Shown: one piece after another, positions 50,695 through 59,641 of the stretch | Layout: each line of letters starts with the position of its first letter | Position numbering within the stretch: position 1 is the stretch's first letter | NCBI GenBank assembly: GCA_016745075.1 | Contig: JADGDD010000002.1 | Coordinates: 385,881-449,880, forward strand | Reading direction: 5' to 3' | Source of the DNA: Planctomycetota bacterium | GTDB lineage: Bacteria > Planctomycetota > UBA11346 | DNA length: 64,000 nt | The notes under the pieces: generated by a model | Databases searched by the model: none | What the model saw: the letters and a program-made list of their open reading frames with translations, nothing else | What the model was told of the DNA's origin: nothing | Translations under genes and position numbers: made by a program

Positions 50695-51462
50695 TCACGG
50701 TATATCTTGCTCTTGGAAGAGCGCCAGCCCTAAGATGAGGACTCCGGCGCTATAGAGTAATCCATACAGGGCGCAGAGTATGATATAAGAAGGGCTTATG
50801 GTCAAGGCCGCAAAATGGAGGCTGTCATCTATGTTCAGTAAGCCCATTGCAGGCAAGAGTACAAATCCGTCAACTCCTGAGCTAGCAAGCAGATGAGAGA
50901 GGACAAACACGGCAAAGGCAATCACCATATTGCTGACAAGTGAGAGGCGTAGAGCACAAACAGTGGTTACGCTTACTAAGACAGCGCTGCCAATCCACGC
51001 TAATAGATGCCCGCCAACGATACGGGACCATGGTATCCACCACTCACTATGGTGGTGTTGGAAACGTTCAAAGAGGAGCAACATGGTGATGTGGGCTGCC
51101 AATAAGACGAGATGAACAACACCAATGGCAACGGTAATTCCTAGTGCTTTCTCAACGAGAAAGCTAGCGCGGCTCATTGGTTTGGCAAACAGCGTGAGAG
51201 CGGTGCGGCTGGCTAGTTCATCGTGAATAGCAGTAGAAGTGAGCACTACGCTCAGAAATAGGCCAGAAAGGGTGCTAATGGCAACACCAATTGTGAAGAG
51301 CATCCGCAGACGGTCTGCATCGGAGAAGTTGAACATACCAAAAAAGGCGCTGAGAGTAATAAGGGCTAGGCCGATAACACCAACCAGAATGGTGGACGTT
51401 TGCCGAATGCTATTAGCAAAGGTCATGCGAGAGAGTGCGCAAGTTGGTAGAGAGAGTGACAT
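50695..51462 (-). CDS. Polytopic membrane protein (ABC-2-permease-like or unknown)
   Basis: Six or more hydrophobic helices. Start taken at the internal MSLSLPT, which sits 14 bp downstream of the stop of the upstream TPR gene. Confidence 0.4.
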   Translation of the reverse strand: MSLSLPTCALSRMTFANSIRQTSTILVGVIGLALITLSAFFGMFNFSDADRLRMLFTIGVAISTLSGLFLSVVLTSTAIHDELASRTALTLFAKPMSRASFLVEKALGITVAIGVVHLVLLAAHITMLLLFERFQHHHSEWWIPWSRIVGGHLLAWIGSAVLVSVTTVCALRLSLVSNMVIAFAVFVLSHLLASSGVDGFVLLPAMGLLNIDDSLHFAALTISPSYIILCALYGLLYSAGVLILGLALFQEQDIP

Positions 51463-51475
51463 AATAGGGTTCTGT

Positions 51476-54400
51476 CTATAGGGCGAATAGCGCGCGGGCA
51501 AGTGCCAGTGGCGAGCGAGCCATCCAGGCAACAGAAATGGCTTGGCTGCGTTTGCCAGCAAGTAAGAGCAAGCGAGAAGCGTGTCGGAAATGTTGGCGCT
51601 TAGTGTGCGGCTTTTTCAAGAGGTGACACAGTTGTGCGCCATGCAAATGGGTGAGTGCGGCTAAGTCGCTATGACCATTATCAGAGAAAGCCTGAGCAAA
51701 TTGAGCCAGCATGCGTGGGTATGGCGGTAGCAGTCGTAGGTTTTCAGTAGAAATTTCTGGGTGGTCGCTGACATGAGTTGTTTTGTTAATACCCCATGCT
51801 TGTGGCCAAGCTGCATGGAACAGAGCGATGCGTTCATCTTCCGCCTGTGCATGTTGCGAGGAATGGCCGAGCCAGGCAAAGGCATGGGCAACAGATTGAT
51901 GTTCGAGAGCAAGAAAGGCTCCCAAGACAGTGCGTTCAAGGGCGTGTTGTTGCGGCAGGTCGTTATGGCGAAGGATGGCAATGGCCTCAGGATAGCGACC
52001 AGTAAAGGCAAGGTTTTCTGCGTAGGTAACAGCATGTTCTTCAATGCTGGTATCATGTTCATATAAAGTGTGAGCCAGCTTGAGGGCCAGCTCTGGTTCG
52101 CCCAGTACGGTAACACAACGAATGCGCATCCGCATAATCAGGGCAAAATGTTGGTGAATGTGTTCGTCATTTTCGTCGACTTCGTTTAAGAGGTCACAGA
52201 GAATATCATTGGCGCGTTCTGGATTGTTACAGTCTAGTTCGCATTGCGCGAGCATAATAGCATTTGGTGGATTGAGTACGGTGGCACTATGTAATATAGA
52301 ACGAGCAGAAGCCGCATCATTTTGACGTAGCGCATGCAAAGCCCGCTCGTGGAGGGCGTGCTGTGTTACATGATTATCTTCATGATTACGCAGTTCATCA
52401 AGATCTTTGAGGCGTGCTTCTGTGTCTTCCCGACTCTGCGGATGGCGCAAATAATAGGAATGCGCAGCCAATTGAACAGTGGTATTATTCGGATGCTCTG
52501 TAGAAACGTGGCTCCAGTAATGATGGGCAAGCTCTGGTTTGCCAGCTTGCTCAGCAAGTGTTGCCAATTGCATGGTTAAGGATACGTGCTCTTCATGATT
52601 GTGATCATCTGATTTGCCATCTAAATTACGGTCCAAGATAGTATGTACGTGTTCAAGCTGGCGAACAGCTTCGGAGAAATCTTCATCCTGTTCGGCAATC
52701 ATGGCGGCTAATAAACGTGCTGGAATGTAATCTGGATTGGTGGCGAGGCTTTGTGCAAGCGCTTCACGAGATTCACCAATATTATGAAGGACCAGCAGTG
52801 ATTCTGCTAAGACTAACCATGAGCGGGCAATCGCTTCTGAGTCACCTTGCACTTGTTGTTGATAGAGCCAGAAGGATTGTCTGGTTGCGTGCGCATCTTG
52901 GCCACGCGCAAATAACGGCACAATTTCATGCCACGGTAGCCAGTCTGATTCTTCCAGTAATGGATAGAGATGCCTGAGTGGCGCATCACATGTATCATCT
53001 AAAGCAAGGCGAGTGTAGCGGATACGTAAGCGATAAAAAGAAGGGAAATGTGCGATGCCACGGGCGCACCATTTTCTGGCGAGTGCCGTATCACCATCGT
53101 ACTCTGCAAATTGTGCTGATAAATCAAAAGGCACAGGCGAACGAATAATTAGTTCTTTATTGAGTTCAGCATTTTTTTCCGCTTCGTCATAATGTTCTAG
53201 TACAGAAGCAATTAGTGCCCGAGCATCTGCATGTAATCTTTTAACGCGGGCGGTAGTGGTCTTGCTTGCTTGATCGTTTTCCTGATCATTTTCTGAAGTT
53301 GTGCCGCAGAGTAAACAGCACTGTGCTAGTAAAATTCGAAAGTCTGGCCCGTCATTTAAGTCACAGGCTTTGCGCGCAATGCGTTCTGCCTGCTCTGGGT
53401 GGTCGGGTAATAATAATTCTGCGCGCATTGCCAAGAGTTGAGCATTCTCTGGATGATGATTGATGGTCTCTTCAATCGCTGCTCGTGCGGCACCACGATT
53501 ATTACGTTGGCGTTCTGCTTCAGCAAGAAGCATGGTCAAATGTAAATTGTGTGGAATATTTCGTAGGGCAACGGTGCAGGCATCAGCAGCTTTGTCATAT
53601 GCATCACAAGATAAATGGTATTCAATGAGTTCGCGCCAAGCCCATAAATAATTTGGATCTCTGTCTAGGGCGCGTTCTAAGTGTGGCACCGCAGCTTCAC
53701 GCATGTTGCGATGGCGTAATAAAAAAGCACGCAGGCCTTCGTTGCTGGCATCGCCTGGCTCAATCGTTTCAACATGTTTGCAGGCATCTTCGGCTAAGTG
53801 GTGTTCGTCAGCAACTGCATGCAGCTCCGCTTTTTCTCGCCACGCCCAGGTATAATTTTCATCAAGCTCTACTGCTTTATTCAGCCAAGCTAGCGCTTCA
53901 TCTGCTTTGCCATCATTACGGAGGCAGTCAGCCATATATCCAAAGGTGGTCGCATCATAGGGTGCAATATTACGTGCATGTTCAAGATGGGTATAGGCTT
54001 CCTCTTTCCGACCCATTTGTCGGCAAACATCAGATAATTCATGAAGAATCCACACATTTCTTGGAGCCGAACGCATGGCATTAACTAAGTGTGTGCGCGC
54101 ATTGTCTAGATTATTGGCTAAGCGGGCCAACACGGCTAGTTGGGCGTAGGCCCACGGATATTCAGGATCTTGCAGAAGTGCTTCTTCGCAGAGTTCGGTG
54201 CTGCGTATCGGGTCTTGTTGAGAGAGCGTTTGTGCCAGTTCGACTTTGGCCCAGATGGTATCTGGTGTATCAGCTAATATTTTTTCATACAATTCTATGG
54301 CACGGCTTGTGTTGCCGTTGTCATATTCGAGATTTGCCAATCGGCCACGAATCCACATCACATCTTTGCCATCAGAGCCTTCAGTTCCAGATTGCCCGTG

Positions 54401-55060
54401 GAGAATCGCTAGTTCATAAGAATGACGGGCCTCGTCTGTCATATCGAGGCTACGCTGTGTTTCTGCAAGTTCAGATACAATCCAATAATTCTCAGGGTCG
54501 AGTTCGTGTGCTTCTTCAAGGTACTGAAGGCTTTCTCGTTCATCATTGTCTTGTCGCATGCAGGCACCAATACGGCCAAGAAAGCCTGCGCGCATATGAT
54601 CCTGTTCTTCACCGTCGTTGTTTGCGAGTGACTCCTGAAGTAGTCGCTCTAGTTCGGTGCGGGCTTCAAGGTAACGGCCCTGATTAAAATAGAGATCAGC
54701 AAGTTGATCTGGTGGCGCATCATCAAAATGCACCATGGTTGATTGCAGAACGTCGCGGCAAAGTTGCGCACGAACGGTATCTTCTCTGCGCTCAAAAAAC
54801 ATATGGCAAAAGCGTTGTACATGTCTGTTCGCTTTATTTGAACGAGCGACTTCTTCCAAAGCATGCTCGGCTTGATCTACATCACCAGCACATTCCAAAG
54901 CACTGACATAGCCAAGTCGTGCCCATGGATTGCTTGGCTCGTTGCGAAAGAGTTCTTCGTAACGATTCGCTGCATCCGTATAACGCCCTTGGCGCATCAG
55001 CTCTTCAGCTTCATGAGAGAGCTGCTCATTGTTATCAAAAGAATCACCAGACATAGCCAT
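51476..55060 (-). CDS. Large tetratricopeptide-repeat (TPR) protein, 1194 aa
   Basis: Repeated 34-aa W/LG/Y/A/F/A/P TPR-like units along the whole length (for example AWLNKAVELDENYTWAWREKAELH). Confidence 0.7.
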   Translation of the reverse strand: MAMSGDSFDNNEQLSHEAEELMRQGRYTDAANRYEELFRNEPSNPWARLGYVSALECAGDVDQAEHALEEVARSNKANRHVQRFCHMFFERREDTVRAQLCRDVLQSTMVHFDDAPPDQLADLYFNQGRYLEARTELERLLQESLANNDGEEQDHMRAGFLGRIGACMRQDNDERESLQYLEEAHELDPENYWIVSELAETQRSLDMTDEARHSYELAILHGQSGTEGSDGKDVMWIRGRLANLEYDNGNTSRAIELYEKILADTPDTIWAKVELAQTLSQQDPIRSTELCEEALLQDPEYPWAYAQLAVLARLANNLDNARTHLVNAMRSAPRNVWILHELSDVCRQMGRKEEAYTHLEHARNIAPYDATTFGYMADCLRNDGKADEALAWLNKAVELDENYTWAWREKAELHAVADEHHLAEDACKHVETIEPGDASNEGLRAFLLRHRNMREAAVPHLERALDRDPNYLWAWRELIEYHLSCDAYDKAADACTVALRNIPHNLHLTMLLAEAERQRNNRGAARAAIEETINHHPENAQLLAMRAELLLPDHPEQAERIARKACDLNDGPDFRILLAQCCLLCGTTSENDQENDQASKTTTARVKRLHADARALIASVLEHYDEAEKNAELNKELIIRSPVPFDLSAQFAEYDGDTALARKWCARGIAHFPSFYRLRIRYTRLALDDTCDAPLRHLYPLLEESDWLPWHEIVPLFARGQDAHATRQSFWLYQQQVQGDSEAIARSWLVLAESLLVLHNIGESREALAQSLATNPDYIPARLLAAMIAEQDEDFSEAVRQLEHVHTILDRNLDGKSDDHNHEEHVSLTMQLATLAEQAGKPELAHHYWSHVSTEHPNNTTVQLAAHSYYLRHPQSREDTEARLKDLDELRNHEDNHVTQHALHERALHALRQNDAASARSILHSATVLNPPNAIMLAQCELDCNNPERANDILCDLLNEVDENDEHIHQHFALIMRMRIRCVTVLGEPELALKLAHTLYEHDTSIEEHAVTYAENLAFTGRYPEAIAILRHNDLPQQHALERTVLGAFLALEHQSVAHAFAWLGHSSQHAQAEDERIALFHAAWPQAWGINKTTHVSDHPEISTENLRLLPPYPRMLAQFAQAFSDNGHSDLAALTHLHGAQLCHLLKKPHTKRQHFRHASRLLLLAGKRSQAISVAWMARSPLALARALFAL

Positions 55061-55208
55061 ATAATATATCGAGAGTGCTAGGTGTCTAGGTCAGCAATGC
55101 GCAAAAATAAGTCCGTCTATTTATGGACCCAAAGAGTTAAAACTTTAACTGAGAAGGGGAGGCAAGGGGCTTACTAGCATTAACGAAGCAGACCTATCGT
55201 AGACCCAA

Positions 55209-55850
55209 ACCTTCAAACGGAGGTATAGAGAGTGATGCTCATGTGCATAGAAAATTTGTGTAATAAGGGAAAACGGGAAAGAAAACATATTCAACCCTTC
55301 CCCCTTTCCCAATTTTCCCCACCTTACACAAACCACTCTTCAGACGGATGTATAGAGAGTGATGCTCATGTGCATAGGAAATTTGTGTAATAAGGGAAAA
55401 CGGGAAAACGGGAAAGATGGGAAGGTGGGAAAGAAAACATATTCAATCCTTCCCCATTTTCCAATTTTCCCCTTTCCCCACCTTACACAAACCACTCTTC
55501 AGACGGATGTATAGAGAGTGATGCTCATGTGCATAGGAAATTTGTGTAATAAGGGAAAACGGGAAAGATGGGAGAATGGGAAAGAAAACATATTCAACCC
55601 TTCCCCATTTTCCAATTTTCCCCTTTCCCCACCTTACACAAATCACCCGCTCTACCTTTTACCACTACAATAGAACAAGAGAATCCATGTCTATAAGTTC
55701 CGTAATTAAATCCATTCAAGACATTATGCAGACAGTGCGCTCATGTGCATAGAAAATTTGTGTAATAAGGGAAAACGGGAAAGAAAATATATTCAATCCT
55801 TCCCCTTTTTCTAATTTCCCTTTTTTCCCGCCTTACACAAAATCAACCGA
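55209..55850. repeat. Tandem array of four copies of a structured non-coding repeat (unit ~127-216 bp) containing variable-number GGGAAAR / TTTYCCC subrepeats
   Basis: GATGCTCATGTGCATAG starts at 55234, 55361, 55520 (diverged copy at ~55737). Conserved TTTGTGTAATAAGGGAAAACGGGAAAG...AAAACATATTCAAYCCTTCCCC...ACCTTACACAAA core in each copy. Confidence 0.8.
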
Positions 55851-55866
55851 AAACCCTTCTCTCACA

Positions 55867-56139
55867 CAGAGACACGAAGAAAACAACGGCCAAATCCGCG
55901 TGGATTGCCGTGCTTTGGATGGAACTATTTGGTTGTCTCAAGCACAGATCGCAGAAGCCTTTGGCCGTTCTAAGAAAACCATCAGTGAACATTTTGGAAA
56001 CCTGCTTAATGATGCCGAATTCGATCAACAGGCAGTTGTCCGGAAATTCCGGACAACTGCCGCAGACGGCAAACAGTACGATGTAAACCACTACAACTCG
56101 GAAAAGAAGCCGCAGAGGCTAATGATTTACGAGAGCTGA
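55867..56139 (+). pseudogene. rhuM: Truncated rhuM-family gene (N-terminal ~90 codons only, native start lost into the repeat array)
   Basis: ENNGQIRVDCRALDGTIWLSQAQIAEAFGRSKKTISEHFGNLLNDAEFDQQAVVRKFRTTAADGKQYDVNHYN matches the RhuM N-terminus (…DGETVWLTQAQMAELFGR…DGKQYEVEHYNLD). The reading frame stops after ~80 aa, against ~330 aa for intact RhuM. Confidence 0.6.
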
Positions 56140-56176
56140 AAAGCCTTGAGGATGAACTTAAACGGAAGGGGAACTC

Positions 56177-56359
56177 ATGAGCATTGAACATGCCATTTGG
56201 CAAGTGGACGAACAACCACAGGCTCTTGTGCCCACCACCCTAGAGAGCGAACGGCAATGAGAAGCTTTGATTGTCGCTGATATGCGTATTCTCAATGAAC
56301 AATGGCTGTTAATAGGGCGGCAAGTTCTTACAAACAGCAATGTTGTGGAAACTATGTAA
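56177..56359 (+). pseudogene. Short gene fragment with good RBS and start, interrupted by an in-frame TGA after codon 27 and ending after ~60 codons. Family unidentified, possibly the N-terminus of a nuclease/defence-island gene
   Basis: AAGGGGA SD then ATG. MSIEHAIWQVDEQPQALVPTTLESERQ-TGA-EALIVADMRILNEQWLLIGRQVLTNSNVVETM-stop, all in one frame. Confidence 0.35.
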
Positions 56360-56398
56360 AAGACGTTGACTCTGTTGTAATTAGAGGTCGGATAGTGC

Positions 56399-56989
56399 AT
56401 GCATTGGTCATATTGGATAGTATTTCCGCTGGTAGCGGCGCTGATTGGTTACGCGACGAATTGGATAGCGGTACGGATGTTATTTCACCCACGTAAGCCG
56501 CGTTTTGGTTTGCATGGCTTGTTACCACGCCGACAAAATGAGTTGGCGGAACGGGTTGGTAAGGTGGTTGGTGAAGAGCTTATTGTTTTGGATGAGTTAT
56601 TAGAGCCACTCACCGATATTGATATAACAACACCATTGCGTGAGATCATAGATAAAGTGATGGAAACCAAGTTGGCAGATCTGCAAAAGATGCCACTGAT
56701 TGGTGCTATGATTACCCCAGAACGTTTGGCACCGTTGCGGGAAGGTGTTATTCGTGAAGTCGAAAAACATAAAGAAGAGTTGATGCGGGCAGTTATGCAT
56801 GCGGCTCGTGAAAACATGGATGTGGCAGAATTAGCTCGGCAGAAATTGGCCTCTTTTGAGTTAGATAGATTAGAAGATATTGTGAACCGAGTTGCTCATC
56901 ACGAATTTCGTGCTATCGAGTTATGGGGTGCCGTTTTAGGCCTCTTTATCGGGTTATTGCAAGCAGCCTATTTGTGGGTTATGGTTTAA
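56399..56989 (+). CDS. DUF445 (UPF0754-like) family membrane protein, short form
   Basis: N-terminus WIVFPLVAALIGYATNWIAVRMLFHPRKPRFGLHGLLPRRQNELAERVGKVV matches the DUF445 N-terminal pattern. 196 aa. Confidence 0.55.
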   Translation: MHWSYWIVFPLVAALIGYATNWIAVRMLFHPRKPRFGLHGLLPRRQNELAERVGKVVGEELIVLDELLEPLTDIDITTPLREIIDKVMETKLADLQKMPLIGAMITPERLAPLREGVIREVEKHKEELMRAVMHAARENMDVAELARQKLASFELDRLEDIVNRVAHHEFRAIELWGAVLGLFIGLLQAAYLWVMV

Positions 56990-57082
56990 ACATCTGCCAT
57001 ATACAGGATAAAACATATTGAGATGGTGTGCTTGCATCGGTGTTATTTCACCGTTTACTTGCAGCTATGTAGGAGATAGCGT

Positions 57083-57916
57083 GTGACAGATATCCGTTCA
57101 GACCAGATGATTCTTTGTGATGATGCGCCACCGCAAGGTTGGGCGCAAGAAATGGCAACAGTGTTGTCACAAGGCTCATTAACGGGTGATCAAGTTGCGC
57201 AAATAGATGAACGTATCGTTGGTCTTGGTCATGGTGTAGAGCTTGCTCACTTGCGGACCCCATTGGTTACAGAGCCAACACTTGGTGCGTATAAGAAACA
57301 GGATGCCAATGAAGGACATTTGTGGCTGTGGTTGGTCGTTCTTATTCCACAGTCTGATGCATCTCGCCACCTTGGTTGGATGGCTCACTTGGCAGCAGGC
57401 CTCAAGGATGACGCAAGCCGCCAAACCCTTTTAGAGGCACATTCAGCGATAGCAGTGGAAGAAGCTTTGGAAGATATGCTGGCGGTTCACACGCATCGTT
57501 ACCGATCGGTTCGGAGTGGAGACACATCCACTATAGAGAGAAAAGATGCAGATAGCAGCCAAAAGTCGCAGTCGGATGTTGATTGGAAATTAGTGGTCGC
57601 TATTTTGAAAGAAGAAACCTACGTCGATGATTTGTTAGCGCTTTTTGTTGAACATGATATTCGTGGTGCGACTTTGCTAGAGGCCCGCGGTATGGCAGAA
57701 CACCTCGCGGCACATATGAGTTTGTTTGCTGGGTTTAAAAGCGCATTTAAGGCTGTTGGTCATAGCCAAGTTATTCTGTCATTGGTTCCCAATGGCCGTG
57801 TGCGTGAGGTTTTGGAAATGGTTAAAACGGCTGCTGGTGGTATGGTTACGCCTGGGGCTGGCATTGCCTTTGCATTGGATGTTCCAATGGTTGTTGGTTT
57901 GAATAAAGGCGAATAA
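57083..57916 (+). CDS. Fusion protein: PTS EIIA type-2 (EIIA-Ntr/PtsN-like) domain + P-II-like (GlnB-fold) domain
   Basis: EIIA-2 phospho-His region GLGHGVELAHLRTPLVTEP. C-terminal 110 aa align in pattern to GlnB (KLVVAILKEETYVDDLLALFVEHDIRGATLLEARG...QVILSLVPNGRVREVLEMVKTAAGGMVTPGAGIAFALDV). GTG start with AGGAG RBS. Confidence 0.65.
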   Translation: MTDIRSDQMILCDDAPPQGWAQEMATVLSQGSLTGDQVAQIDERIVGLGHGVELAHLRTPLVTEPTLGAYKKQDANEGHLWLWLVVLIPQSDASRHLGWMAHLAAGLKDDASRQTLLEAHSAIAVEEALEDMLAVHTHRYRSVRSGDTSTIERKDADSSQKSQSDVDWKLVVAILKEETYVDDLLALFVEHDIRGATLLEARGMAEHLAAHMSLFAGFKSAFKAVGHSQVILSLVPNGRVREVLEMVKTAAGGMVTPGAGIAFALDVPMVVGLNKGE

Positions 57917-57919
57917 GGC

Positions 57920-59107
57920 GTGCAGGTCCTTATTCTTATTGTTGCTGGTTTGTTGGCTTTGGGTTTGCCAACATCGTCGCCTCTATCTGGGAAACGTCGG
58001 CTGTGGCATCCGTGGATAGAAAGTGGTCTGTTTCCGATTATTGTTGGTATGGTCACTCATGTCTTAGCCGTTCCGAAAGCTGCACATGAAGAGTTTGCTT
58101 TGCAATGGCGGCCGTTGCTTGCTCTGGCACTGGCTACGGCAGGAGTGCTTGTCGGAACACAACTGCGTATGGCTTATGTCCATCGAGCAGGCAAACCATT
58201 TTTATTAAACCAAAGCTACGCGGCTTGTATACAAGGACTTGCAGTAGCAGGGGTGTTAGTGCTGATCTTCTCATTCACAACAGATTGGCATCCTTTAATG
58301 GTGTTGGCTTGTGTTGGTATGTCGGCTGCGTTGGCTATCGCATCAAGTCAGCGTCCATTACTTGGCTGTGGTAATATTTTGCGACGGGATGTCGTCGGTA
58401 AACATATTGCTCCGAGTGGGTGGTGGAATCTGATTGCATTATTTGTTGGTAGTTTGTCTTTGCAGCTTGGTTTAATGAATACAGATACCGAACTCATTCC
58501 GTGGGTAGAGCCGCGCCTGCAAGTGTTGCTTGTTTCGGTGTTTCTCGGTTTAACGCTTGGTCGCTTAACGGTGGGGGTAAAAGCGAGCGGTGAGTCTTCA
58601 CTCTTCTTACTCGCTATTCTCGCGCTCTCCGGCGGTGTTGCTCTGTTGTTTGACGGGTCACCAATGTTAACGGGTCTGATTGTTGGTGCTGTGTTTGCAA
58701 ATGTGGCGCTTGGCCGTTTAGCGATGATAGAACGGCAATTGGCTGATCTTGAGCAACCCTTAGTGGTGGTCATTGGTTTTTTGTGTGGCTTGCTGATGCC
58801 ACTCGAAACAATACAGATATGGCTGTGGGCTATCCCTGCTGTTGTTCTCTGTGTTCGTTATGCGGTGCGGGCTTTTTATTGTCCAACGTCTCCATTAATT
58901 GGTGATCGCATGGAGCGCGCGCTTGTGCCACCAGGGGCTACTGGTGTGTTGTTATTGGGGAGTTGTGTACTTGCCCCAGGCATAGGGACCGAATTGGCAG
59001 TACCCGTGTTTGTGGCCTGTACGATTGCTCTGCTGGTTGGTGAAATATATGAAGTACGTTATTTACGCCGTGGGGTGCTGACTGCTCCAACAGGGCGTGC
59101 TTTGTAA
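57920..59107 (+). CDS. Polytopic membrane protein (putative permease/transporter, ~11-12 TM helices) immediately downstream of the EIIA-PII fusion
   Basis: Hydrophobic helices throughout. Gly-rich segments (LSGGVALLFDGSPMLTGLIVGAVFANVA). 4 bp after the upstream stop. Family not identified (SbtA-like or DUF1538-like is possible). Confidence 0.55.
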   Translation: MQVLILIVAGLLALGLPTSSPLSGKRRLWHPWIESGLFPIIVGMVTHVLAVPKAAHEEFALQWRPLLALALATAGVLVGTQLRMAYVHRAGKPFLLNQSYAACIQGLAVAGVLVLIFSFTTDWHPLMVLACVGMSAALAIASSQRPLLGCGNILRRDVVGKHIAPSGWWNLIALFVGSLSLQLGLMNTDTELIPWVEPRLQVLLVSVFLGLTLGRLTVGVKASGESSLFLLAILALSGGVALLFDGSPMLTGLIVGAVFANVALGRLAMIERQLADLEQPLVVVIGFLCGLLMPLETIQIWLWAIPAVVLCVRYAVRAFYCPTSPLIGDRMERALVPPGATGVLLLGSCVLAPGIGTELAVPVFVACTIALLVGEIYEVRYLRRGVLTAPTGRAL

Positions 59108-59109
59108 TG

Positions 59110-59529
59110 CTATGACCAAGTACTCCAATTAGAGAGTGCATGGATGGCAAAAGCATAGACGAAAATAATCAGGCTTACAATAAAGCCACTTCCTACCGCT
59201 ATCGTTGTTGTACGTGGGTGTGCAAGCCAGTACATCGGTAATGGTAGTACCATTGTTATACCAAGGGTAATAAATGACCAACACATCAGGGTCATGCTCC
59301 AGCCAGACAGTTCTGCTCCAGTTCGTGATAAGCGAAGAATCAATTGTCCGCGTGCGAGGCTCATAATGCCTGCGCTAAAGAGACCTGTGCCAGCGATGGA
59401 ACAGAGTGCCAGAGAAATAGAGATCGATACTTTATCCCAAAACCGTGCGCGTTTACGAACAGCATCCATCAGCTCCGCAAGCCGCGAAGGGTATGGTTTG
59501 TTGGGGCCTTCATTTTGTCGAAATGGCAC
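59110..59529 (-). CDS. Hypothetical small membrane protein (3 predicted TM helices)
   Basis: ORF with a basic N-terminus and hydrophobic segments. Convergent with the transporter gene. No family recognised. Confidence 0.3.
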   Translation of the reverse strand: MPFRQNEGPNKPYPSRLAELMDAVRKRARFWDKVSISISLALCSIAGTGLFSAGIMSLARGQLILRLSRTGAELSGWSMTLMCWSFITLGITMVLPLPMYWLAHPRTTTIAVGSGFIVSLIIFVYAFAIHALSNWSTWS

Positions 59530-59641
59530 ACGTTCTCCTTTGCCACGGTTTGTAGCTAAAGTCTATCAGAGACAGAAGCCTACGCAAACCGAATGCCAGT
59601 TCATCTGTTTGCTCTGATAGTGGCTGCGCATATCTTCTGGT

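Noticed and set aside
55209-55850. Repeat array considered as a CRISPR array
   Set aside because: Units are 127-216 bp with no short conserved repeat alternating with unique spacers. Variation is microsatellite-like within the unit. No cas genes are present.
56302-56496. 64-aa ORF overlapping the start of the DUF445 gene
   Set aside because: It is out of frame with the well-supported DUF445 N-terminus and has no RBS or homology signal.
58348-58773. 141-aa minus-strand ORF inside the transporter gene
   Set aside because: It is antisense to a hydrophobic membrane-protein coding region. Its composition is Arg/Ser-rich, typical of a spurious frame.
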